In this document: positions 44,443 through 52,032 of the stretch, in pieces | How positions within the stretch are numbered: position 1 is the stretch's first letter | Layout: every line of letters starts with the position of its first letter | Source: a virus | Lineage: Duplodnaviria > Caudoviricetes | Reading direction: 5' to 3' (one strand) | DNA length: 52,032 bases | IMG/VR virus record: IMGVR_UViG_3300032320_001353 | Span: 1-52,032 of that record | Translations under genes and position numbers: made by a program | Notes under the pieces: model-generated | Told to the model about the DNA's origin: nothing | The model's input: the letters and a program-made list of their open reading frames with translations, nothing else | Database searches by the model: none

Positions 44443-45814
44443 TGTAGGGCCGCAGACAGCGTTCTTAGCGGCCTCTGAAAGAGAAGTGTTATATGGTGGG
44501 GCTGCTGGTGGTGGTAAAAGTTATGCCATGCTGGCAGACCCCATTAGATATTTAAATCACCCTCAGTTTTCTGGATTGTTGCTACGCCACACAACAGAAG
44601 AACTTAGAGAACTCATTTGGAAAAGCCAAGAGATATATCCCAAGATTTATCCCGGCATCAAGTGGAGTGAGAGAAAGATGCAATGGCAAACACCTTCTGG
44701 TGCTAGGCTGTGGATGTCATATCTGGATAGAGATGAAGATGTGTTGAGATATCAGGGGTTGGCCTTTAGCTGGATTGGTTTTGATGAGCTAACCCAGTGG
44801 CACACCCCTTTTGCTTGGAACTATATGCGTTCTCGCTTGCGTACACCCGCAGCAGATCTGCCTATTTTTATGAGAGCAACAACAAACCCCGGTGGGCCGG
44901 GACATGCTTGGGTTAAGAAGATGTTTATTGACCCTTCTCCATCTAGAAAAGCCTTCTGGGCTACAGATATTGAGACAGGGGAGACACTAGCCTACCCCAA
45001 AGGGCATAGCAAAGAGGGACAGCCTCTTTTTAAACGCCGCTTTATACCAGCAATGCTGACAGATAACCCCTATCTAGCTGATAGCGGCGACTACGAAACC
45101 ATGTTGTTGTCTCTTCCTGAGCATCAACGCAAGCAATTGCTTGAGGGTAACTGGGATATTGCGGAAGGAGCAGCCTTCCCTGAGTTTAATAGGGCTGTTC
45201 ATGTGGTGAATAGCTTTGAAATACCCAAAAACTGGGTAAAATTTAGGGCGTGTGACTATGGATATGGTAGTTTTAGTGCTGTTGTATGGTTTGCTGTCAC
45301 CCCTAGTGAGCAACTTGTCCTCTATCGTGAACTATATGTTAGCAAAGTGCTGGCAAAAGACCTTGCACACATGATATTGCAGGCAGAAGCCAACGATGGT
45401 GGCATCAGATATGGTGTGTTGGACAGTAGTTGCTGGCATAAGAGAGGGGATACAGGCCCATCGCTAGCAGAACAGATGATTATGGAGGGCTGTAGATGGA
45501 GGCCAGCAGATAGAAGTGCTGGAAGTAGGGTAGCAGGGAAGAACGAATTTCATAGAAGACTACAAATTGACCCATTTACAGAACAACCAAGAATGATTAT
45601 AACAAGCAACTGTGTTAATACGATTGCTCAAATCCCTGTGCTTCCTTTAGATAAAAAGAACCCAGAAGATATTGATACAAGGACAGAAGATCATCTTTTT
45701 GATGCTATACGATACGGAATTATGAGTAGACCTAGAAGCGGGCTGTTTGATTATAATCCTCTTCACTCTGGAAAAGGCGGCATGAGAATAGCTGATCCTA
45801 TTATGGGGTACTAA
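44228..45814 (+). CDS. terL: Terminase large subunit (alternative start 44390)
   Basis: Walker A GGAAGGGKS, Walker B IGFDEL, ATTNPGG, nuclease DYGY and DHLFDAIRY. Confidence 0.93.
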   Translation: MSSRTREELKLTASLPKGTKKPLGRPKRTKEEPTPQQKATSTQKNTEGLETPSLMIVTEPIAAQQNVIFKPNVGPQTAFLAASEREVLYGGAAGGGKSYAMLADPIRYLNHPQFSGLLLRHTTEELRELIWKSQEIYPKIYPGIKWSERKMQWQTPSGARLWMSYLDRDEDVLRYQGLAFSWIGFDELTQWHTPFAWNYMRSRLRTPAADLPIFMRATTNPGGPGHAWVKKMFIDPSPSRKAFWATDIETGETLAYPKGHSKEGQPLFKRRFIPAMLTDNPYLADSGDYETMLLSLPEHQRKQLLEGNWDIAEGAAFPEFNRAVHVVNSFEIPKNWVKFRACDYGYGSFSAVVWFAVTPSEQLVLYRELYVSKVLAKDLAHMILQAEANDGGIRYGVLDSSCWHKRGDTGPSLAEQMIMEGCRWRPADRSAGSRVAGKNEFHRRLQIDPFTEQPRMIITSNCVNTIAQIPVLPLDKKNPEDIDTRTEDHLFDAIRYGIMSRPRSGLFDYNPLHSGKGGMRIADPIMGY

Positions 45815-46315
45815 ATGGAAATAATTACTAGAAAAGAAGCAAAAGAACTTGGTTCTTTATTTTATTTTACAGGTCTAGCATGTCCTTATGGACATATAGT
45901 AAGAAGATACACAAAAACTTCTAACTGTGTAACTTGTCATGCTATTTATTATGCTAGTGATGAGCAAAAAAATAAACAAAAAGAATATAGAGAAAAACAC
46001 AAAAAAGAAAAAGCTGTTTATGATAAAAATTTTTCAAAGGAAAACGCGGCATATCGTAATTCGTTAAAGTCTGCGAATAGAGCTAAAAGAAAACAAAGAA
46101 TAGTTCCGTGGGATAAAGAGCTTACTGATTTTGTTACAATTGAAGCTTACGACTTAGCTAAATTAAGAAACAAAGTTACAGGTATTAGTTGGCATGTGGA
46201 TCATGTCATACCTTTGTGTGGTAAGAATATTTGTGGTCTTCATGTATGGAATAATCTAAGAGTTATTCCCGCCTCAGAAAATCTGAGGAAAGGTAATAGA
46301 ATAGATAAGGAATAA
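45815..46315 (+). CDS. HNH homing endonuclease (free-standing)
   Basis: YFTG..C..GH...C..C, WHVDHVIPL, GLHVWNNL and EN..K.N; AT-rich. Confidence 0.88.
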   Translation: MEIITRKEAKELGSLFYFTGLACPYGHIVRRYTKTSNCVTCHAIYYASDEQKNKQKEYREKHKKEKAVYDKNFSKENAAYRNSLKSANRAKRKQRIVPWDKELTDFVTIEAYDLAKLRNKVTGISWHVDHVIPLCGKNICGLHVWNNLRVIPASENLRKGNRIDKE

Positions 46316-46316
46316 T

Positions 46317-48419
46317 ATGGCAGAGATGAAACCTATGCTTGGTGACAAAACCCTAGCTTTAGACGATGTAAAGAATAAAGAAGACGAAGGCGTATCAATT
46401 GATGGCCTTGTCAGCTATATCAACGAAAGATATACAAGATCTGAAGAGAGCAGGCGTAAGGATGAGACACGCTGGCTGAGAGCCTATAGAAACTACAGAG
46501 GCATCTATGGGCCAGATGTTCAATTCACTGAGACTGAGAAGTCGAGAGTGTTTATTAAAGTTACCAAAACTAAAACACTGGCAGCTTATGGACAAATAAC
46601 AGATGTGTTATTTTCCAATAACAAGTTTCCTCTGTCTGTTGACCCCACAGTGTTGCCTGATGGCGTGGTAGATAGCGTCAGTTCTGACCCCAAAGGAACA
46701 CCCTCCACTAAGACAGGCCCAACAGAGATTCCTTATGGTGAAGCAGGTGGTGCCAGCATTCCTAAAGACTTCGACTTAGACAAGCTTGAAGAATTGCTAG
46801 GGTCTATGAAAGACGATCTTAAAGATCTGCCTAATTTGAAAGAAGGGCCGGGAGCAACTCCCACTTCCATGACCTTTAGTCCTGCTATGGTGGCAGCTAA
46901 GAAGATGGAGAAGAAGATACATGACCAACTAGATGAAACAGGTGCTTCTAAGCATCTGCGTTCTACAGCCTTTGAGATGGCTCTGTTTGGCACTGGTGTT
47001 ATGAAGGGGCCGTTTGCCACCAATAAGGAATATGCCAATTGGGGTGAAGATGGTACATATAGTCCTCTGATTAAGACAGTGCCAGAAGCTGCCCATGTTT
47101 CTCTCTGGAACTTCTATTGGGATCCTGATGCCAACAACACTGATGAGTGTCAGTATGTTATTGAGCGTCATAAGATGAGCAAGACAAAGCTTCGTGCTTT
47201 GAAACAACGCCCATATTTCAGAGGCAATGTTATTGACCAACTCATTGATGAAGGTGAGACATACACCAAGAAATATTGGGAAGACGATCTAAGAGACTAT
47301 GCTCCCAACTTTGGTGTTGAGCGTTTTGAGGTGTTGGAATATTGGGGCAATGTAGATATTGAATTGCTTCAAGAGAATGATATTGTTATTCCTGATGACA
47401 TGCTCAGTGCTGGAGAACTCCAAGCAAACATTTGGTATTGCAATGGAAAAATATTGAGGCTTGTTCTCAATCCATTCAAGCCTGCAAAGATTCCCTATTA
47501 TGCTGTGCCTTACGAATTAAACCCCTACTCTCTAGCAGGTGTAGGTGTCGCCGAAAATATGGACGATACCCAAACCTTAATGAATGGTTTTATGCGTATG
47601 GCTGTGGATAATGGGGTCTTATCTGGAAACCTTGTCTTTGAAATTGATGAAACAAACTTAGTGCCGGGACAAGACTTATCTGTCTATCCCGGTAAAGTGT
47701 TTAGAAGACAAGGTGGTGCTCCCGGTCAAGCTTTGTTTGGAACAAAGTTTCCAAATGTGGCAGCAGAGAATATGCAACTGTTTGATAAAGCAAGACAGCT
47801 TGCTGATGAATCAACTGGTATGCCTTCGTTCTCTCATGGACAGACAGGAATATCTGGTGTAGGTAGAACAGCTAGTGGCATCAGCATGTTGATGAATGCT
47901 GCTAGTGGAAGTATCAAGACAGTTATTAAAAATCTGGATGACTACCTCCTTGGCCCCATTGGTCAAGCCTTCTTCAACTTCAATATGCAGTTTGACTTTG
48001 ATAAAGAAATCAAAGGAGACTTGGAAGTTACAGCTAAAGGCACAGAAAGCTTGATGGCTAATGAGGTGAGAAGCCAACGCTTGATGCAATTCTTGCAGAT
48101 TGCCAGCAGCCCAGCCTTGATGCCCTTTGCTAAGTTTCCTTACATCATCAGAGAAATTGCAAAGAGCATGGACTTAGACCCAGAGAAGGTGACTAACAAC
48201 ATGGATGAAGCCATGCGTCAAGCAGTGTTGTTGCAACAGACACAGCCTGCCCCTGCCCCTGCCGCTGGTGGACAGCCTCCACAAGGCGTTGCTGGGCCTC
48301 CCGGTGTAGCTGATATGACAGGTGGTGGCGGTGGTAACATTGGTGTTGGCGCACCGCCTTCACCAGAGATGCAAGGATTTAGTGGAAATGAGCAACAAGC
48401 CGTACCTCCCCAAGCTTAA
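46317..48419 (+). CDS. Portal protein
   Basis: 700 aa after terL; FGTGVMKG, FYWDP, GVGVAE and RTASGISML; Pro/Gly tail. Confidence 0.85.
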   Translation: MAEMKPMLGDKTLALDDVKNKEDEGVSIDGLVSYINERYTRSEESRRKDETRWLRAYRNYRGIYGPDVQFTETEKSRVFIKVTKTKTLAAYGQITDVLFSNNKFPLSVDPTVLPDGVVDSVSSDPKGTPSTKTGPTEIPYGEAGGASIPKDFDLDKLEELLGSMKDDLKDLPNLKEGPGATPTSMTFSPAMVAAKKMEKKIHDQLDETGASKHLRSTAFEMALFGTGVMKGPFATNKEYANWGEDGTYSPLIKTVPEAAHVSLWNFYWDPDANNTDECQYVIERHKMSKTKLRALKQRPYFRGNVIDQLIDEGETYTKKYWEDDLRDYAPNFGVERFEVLEYWGNVDIELLQENDIVIPDDMLSAGELQANIWYCNGKILRLVLNPFKPAKIPYYAVPYELNPYSLAGVGVAENMDDTQTLMNGFMRMAVDNGVLSGNLVFEIDETNLVPGQDLSVYPGKVFRRQGGAPGQALFGTKFPNVAAENMQLFDKARQLADESTGMPSFSHGQTGISGVGRTASGISMLMNAASGSIKTVIKNLDDYLLGPIGQAFFNFNMQFDFDKEIKGDLEVTAKGTESLMANEVRSQRLMQFLQIASSPALMPFAKFPYIIREIAKSMDLDPEKVTNNMDEAMRQAVLLQQTQPAPAPAAGGQPPQGVAGPPGVADMTGGGGGNIGVGAPPSPEMQGFSGNEQQAVPPQA

Positions 48420-48603
48420 ACCCTTAGTAAATAACAATTTACAGTGGGATGCTTTTGTGGAAATGTTAGACAATGAGATTGATAGTCAGCATAAGAAGCT
48501 TGAACAGTCTAAAGATGTTCAAGATATTTATCAATCTCAAGGAGCCATTAGTGCTCTGCGTAGACTTAAATATTTAAAGGATGAGATAAATGCTCAGCAA
48601 TGA
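48388..48603 (+). CDS. Small conserved protein downstream of portal
   Basis: LKPLVN...QSQG.I.ALR.LK.LKDE. Confidence 0.65.
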   Translation: MSNKPYLPKLKPLVNNNLQWDAFVEMLDNEIDSQHKKLEQSKDVQDIYQSQGAISALRRLKYLKDEINAQQ

Positions 48604-50050
48604 AACACAAAAACTTCTGGCAGAAGGCGGCATGCCAGATGAAGGAAATACAGTTGATCCTGTTAGCGGCAATCAAGTTCCTCCCGGTGCTATGCAAGAA
48701 GAAGTGAGGGATGATATTCCTGCACAACTAAGTGAGGGTGAGTTTATTTTTCCTGCTGATGTAGTTAGATATATTGGCCTAGAAACACTAATGAAGATTA
48801 GAGATAAGGCCAAATCTGGATTAAAGAGAATGGAAGACATTGGTCAAATGGGAAACGCTAATCAAGTAGAAAACCCAGAAGCCCTTCATTCATCAGGAGA
48901 AGACATAAATGATGAAGATTTTTCATCCTCTATAGATGAGATTATGAATGAAGGCAACCCTGAAGAAAGAAACTATGCCACTGGTGGTAATGTAACACCA
49001 GTATCTGGTTTTGAAATGGTGAAGTATAAAGACGCAAATGGTAACTTTATGTATGTTCCTTTTGTTAAAGGACAACCTCTTTTAAAAATACCCGCTGGAT
49101 ATACCAGAGTGTCGGGGCCAGAAGATACTACTACGAAAACAACTACAACTGGTGGTGGGGGTAGCGGAACTACTCAAACTACTTCTGGAGGAGATGGTGG
49201 CGGTGGTGAAGGCGGCAGCAGTTCATCCTCCTCAGGTGGTGTTAATGCGGACGGCTCAGTGAGTGTTGGAGGAATGACAGGTTTTAGTGTTGGTACAAAT
49301 GGGGTGGCTTCTGCTAATATGAGTTCTACTACTGGTAGTATTGCTGGAAGCATATTGGGGGCCGTCACAGGAATAGGCTTTCTGGGAGCCATCGGAAGAG
49401 GTCTTGGAATGATAGGCGAATCTAATGCGGCTGCTTTTAATGCCTCTGTTGCAGACAGTTCTGATCAAGCTGGACAAGGAGCTACAGCAACCGCAGGCCC
49501 ATCTGGTACTGGTGGTGTAGCCGCTTCCGCTGCTGGGGCAGTTGCTGGTGCTGCACAGTCAGCAGGTATGTCAGCAGAAGCCGCTGCTATTGGGGCACAA
49601 GCCGCTGCTGATGCAGCAGTGCAGGGGGCTGATGCTATTGGTGCCTTTGCCGCTGGCTTTGCAGCAGCAGAGGCCGCTAATGACGCACAAGGAACGGCTG
49701 GAGAAGGCTTTGGAGGAACTGGTGCTGTTGGTAGTGGAGATCTAGGAAGCATTGGTGGAGAGGGTTTTGGTGGAGAAGGCGGCGTTGGTGTTGGTGGTGA
49801 TGCTGGTCTTGGTGGGCTTGGTAGTTCTGGTGGTGAAAGTGGCGGTGCTGATGCTGGCGGTAGTGGTAGTTCTGATGGTGGTGGCGGTGCTGCTGGCGGC
49901 GGTGATGGTGGAGGTGGTGCTGCTGGCGGCGGTGATGGTGGAGGTGGTGGTGGTGGAGATGGCGGTGGTGGGGGTGGCGGTGACGGCGGCGGTGGTAGCG
50001 GTGATGCTAAAGGCGGCTTTGTTTCCAAGAAGTATAGAAAGAAAAAATAA
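48590..50050 (+). CDS. Virion protein with DDIPAQLSEGEF domain, AxGG tags and Gly-rich tail
   Basis: AAGGA SD; LAEGG, YATGG and DAKGG; central hydrophobic Gly/Ala segment. Confidence 0.7.
   Translation: MLSNETQKLLAEGGMPDEGNTVDPVSGNQVPPGAMQEEVRDDIPAQLSEGEFIFPADVVRYIGLETLMKIRDKAKSGLKRMEDIGQMGNANQVENPEALHSSGEDINDEDFSSSIDEIMNEGNPEERNYATGGNVTPVSGFEMVKYKDANGNFMYVPFVKGQPLLKIPAGYTRVSGPEDTTTKTTTTGGGGSGTTQTTSGGDGGGGEGGSSSSSSGGVNADGSVSVGGMTGFSVGTNGVASANMSSTTGSIAGSILGAVTGIGFLGAIGRGLGMIGESNAAAFNASVADSSDQAGQGATATAGPSGTGGVAASAAGAVAGAAQSAGMSAEAAAIGAQAAADAAVQGADAIGAFAAGFAAAEAANDAQGTAGEGFGGTGAVGSGDLGSIGGEGFGGEGGVGVGGDAGLGGLGSSGGESGGADAGGSGSSDGGGGAAGGGDGGGGAAGGGDGGGGGGGDGGGGGGGDGGGGSGDAKGGFVSKKYRKKK
49886..49945 (+). 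repeat. 30-bp tandem duplication in the Gly-rich tail
   Basis: GGTGCTGCTGGCGGCGGTGATGGTGGAGGT x2. Confidence 0.9.
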
Positions 50051-50240
50051 AAGATACCCATTATGGGTATGTTCATTCCCAAATTAGGTATGCAAAACAA
50101 AGCGTAAAAGTAAGATATAATAAAGATATCTCCTCCTGTGGTGGGCAGGGCAGATACTAAATAATATACCCACCATCATTGGCTACTTAATTCCCCAGCA
50201 TTGGCTGGCTTACAATTAGCCCCAACTTAAAAAGGTTTAT

Positions 50241-51095
50241 ATGTCCGAAGTTGTTCTAGATAAAAAAGAAGAAGTTAAAGTTTATTCTGGTTTTAGCAAA
50301 CGAAATGCTAATCAAGAGAAGATTGAACAAGAAGAAGCTGAGCTTAAGGCTCTTCAAGAAGAGAATAAAGATGAGGAGAAAGCTCCAGAAGCTGAGCCAG
50401 AAAGCGCAGAAGAGCGTAGCTTTAAAAAGCGTTATGGGGATTTGCGGAGACATTCTCAGCAACAACAAACCCAGCTTCAAAGCCAAGTTGATGAGCTAAA
50501 GAAACAGCTTGAACAAAGCACCAGCAATCAAATTAAGCTGCCTAAATCAGAGGAAGAGCTTTCTGAGTGGGCAAGACAATATCCTGATGTGGCAAAAATT
50601 GTAGAAACAATTGCCATCAAGAAGGCCAAAGAACAAACAGAAGCCCTTGACCAACGCCTTAAATCGTTGGATGAGCGTGAAGCTTTGACAGCTAAAGATG
50701 AAGCTGAGGCTGAATTACTGCGTCTGCATCCCGATTTTGACCAGATTAGGGATGATGATGAGTTCCATAACTGGGTGGATGAGCAGCCTAAATGGGTGCA
50801 ACAAGCCCTGTATGAGAACGACACAGACGCTAGAGCAGCAGCTAGAGCCATTGATCTGTACAAAGCAGACAAGAAGATTGCTACAAAGAGGAGCACAAGC
50901 AACAGAGATGCAGCACAAAGTATTAATACTAAAGGTGGCAGGTCTGCTCCTTCTGGTGAAGACAAAGATGGCATGATTTATGAATCACAGGTGGCTAAGA
51001 TGTCTACACTAGAATATGAAAAGTATCAGGAAGAGATTGGTAAAGCAATTAAATCTGGTAAGTTTGTATACGATTTGAGTGGTAACGCTCGTTAA
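50241..51095 (+). CDS. Capsid scaffolding protein
   Basis: Acidic coiled coil, FKKRYGDLRRH and HPDF; located immediately before the MCP gene. Confidence 0.75.
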   Translation: MSEVVLDKKEEVKVYSGFSKRNANQEKIEQEEAELKALQEENKDEEKAPEAEPESAEERSFKKRYGDLRRHSQQQQTQLQSQVDELKKQLEQSTSNQIKLPKSEEELSEWARQYPDVAKIVETIAIKKAKEQTEALDQRLKSLDEREALTAKDEAEAELLRLHPDFDQIRDDDEFHNWVDEQPKWVQQALYENDTDARAAARAIDLYKADKKIATKRSTSNRDAAQSINTKGGRSAPSGEDKDGMIYESQVAKMSTLEYEKYQEEIGKAIKSGKFVYDLSGNAR

Positions 51096-51138
51096 AGGTT
51101 GATGTATAAGTCAATTACCATTAGTTTACAACTAAGTG

Positions 51139-51166
51139 TTGACAAATAAATCAATCATGTTATAAC
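51139..51166 (+). promoter_or_regulatory. Sigma70-type promoter for the capsid gene
   Basis: TTGACA-N16-TATAAC with an extended -10 TG. Confidence 0.65.
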
Positions 51167-51169
51167 TTT

Positions 51170-51417
51170 GAACATAGGCCACTCTGGTGGTCTTGTTCTA
51201 AACCGATTAAAGCCGTCATCTGCAATGACCACCTTTAATCAAAACTAGAAAACTCGTAACGCAAAGCAAGTAAACTGTCAGAATTACCTGTAAGTTTATT
51301 AGCCTGTATTGATGATGAGGGCACTCACTACCAATACACACCTAATAATGTCAGCCTCTGTAGTTGTGTGAGCGTATTTAATTATATGCCCTATCAATAT
51401 CTCTAGGAGGATAAATC
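51170..51417 (+). promoter_or_regulatory. Structured 5' leader of the capsid gene
   Basis: Hairpins 51170-51198, 51205-51240 and 51273-51365; AGGAGG SD. Confidence 0.6.
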
Positions 51418-52032
51418 ATGGCATTTCCGAAAGCAGTAGGATATAACAACCTACCCAATGGGAACTTTAGTCCCGTAATCTATTCCAAGCAAGTTCAGCT
51501 TGCTTTCCGTAAGTCTTCAACAGTTGAAGCTATTACTAACAGCGACTATTTTGGCGAGATTGCCAACATGGGCGACTCTGTTAAAATCATCAAAGAGCCT
51601 GAGGTTTCTGTTCAGTCTTATGCCCGTGGTACACAAATCACTGCACAAGACCTGAATGACGAAGACTTCACCCTTGTTGTTGATCAGGCTAACTATTACG
51701 CCTTCAAGATTGATGACATTGAGGCTGCTCACTCCCATGTGAACTTCATGCAGATGGCCTCTGATCGTGCAGCTTATCGCTTGCGTGACCAGTATGACCA
51801 AGATGTGTTGGGTTACTTGTCTGGTTTCCAGCAGTCCGCTAAGCATGCAAATGCTGGCACGGCTCGTACCACTTTCCCCGGCACCAAGGCTTTGTCTGAG
51901 GCAGGTTCTAACGAACTGTTGTCTACGATGCAGTTGAGCCGTCCCAACTTTGGTAACTTGACCTCTGGTGGTTCTGCTGGTGATTCGATTCCTTTGGCTC
52001 CTCGCTACCCCGGTCAAACTGGCGCATCAACA
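51418..52032 (+). CDS. Major capsid protein (3'-truncated; not in ORF track)
   Basis: AGGAGG SD; MAFPKAVGYNNLPNGNFSPVIYSK...NSDYFGEI..MGDSVKIIKEP...AFKIDDIE; open to the window end. Confidence 0.9.
   Translation, partial: MAFPKAVGYNNLPNGNFSPVIYSKQVQLAFRKSSTVEAITNSDYFGEIANMGDSVKIIKEPEVSVQSYARGTQITAQDLNDEDFTLVVDQANYYAFKIDDIEAAHSHVNFMQMASDRAAYRLRDQYDQDVLGYLSGFQQSAKHANAGTARTTFPGTKALSEAGSNELLSTMQLSRPNFGNLTSGGSAGDSIPLAPRYPGQTGAST

Noticed and set aside
49465-50100. 211-aa Pro-rich ORF on the minus strand
   Set aside because: It is the antisense shadow of the Gly-rich GGN codons of 48590..50050.
51517-52017. 166-aa minus-strand ORF in the ORF track
   Set aside because: It is antisense to the major capsid gene, which has a strong SD and recognisable motifs.
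1-52032. Stop-codon reassignment or diversity-generating retroelement
   Set aside because: Genes are intact under code 11, neither tRNA is a suppressor, and there is no reverse transcriptase or adenine-specific TR/VR pair; the 43-bp repeat is exact.

Overview
The window is most of a tailed dsDNA phage genome with T7-like replication genes but no phage RNA polymerase (SIO1/cobavirus-like podovirus layout), cut inside the tail-fibre gene on the left and the major capsid gene on the right. It has two arms. The + strand carries small basic ORFs, terminase, HNH, portal, scaffold and capsid (40.8-52.0 kb), plus tail fibre, lysis genes and large internal virion proteins (0-15.3 kb). The - strand runs from early genes at 39.6 kb through a DUF932 protein, an ADP-ribosylglycohydrolase, a tyrosine recombinase, mosaic micro-ORFs, primase-helicase, DNA polymerase A, SSB, exonuclease, ThyX, HNH and class II RNR, ending in tRNA-Arg(TCT) and tRNA-Thr(TGT) at 15.3 kb. 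Four signals stand out. (1) An [FYML]-A-x-G-G peptide tag occurs about 17 times in six late proteins and brackets apparent cargo domains, one of them ART-like. (2) A stop/hairpin/SD/start cassette, TTCCTGAAAGGAAACAAAATG, is repeated about 14 times between early genes. (3) There are several densely structured non-coding RNAs with recurring internal-loop motifs. (4) A boxA-like element lies upstream of an overlapping terminator-promoter. All functional calls come from motif recognition by eye; no database searches or folding programs were run.
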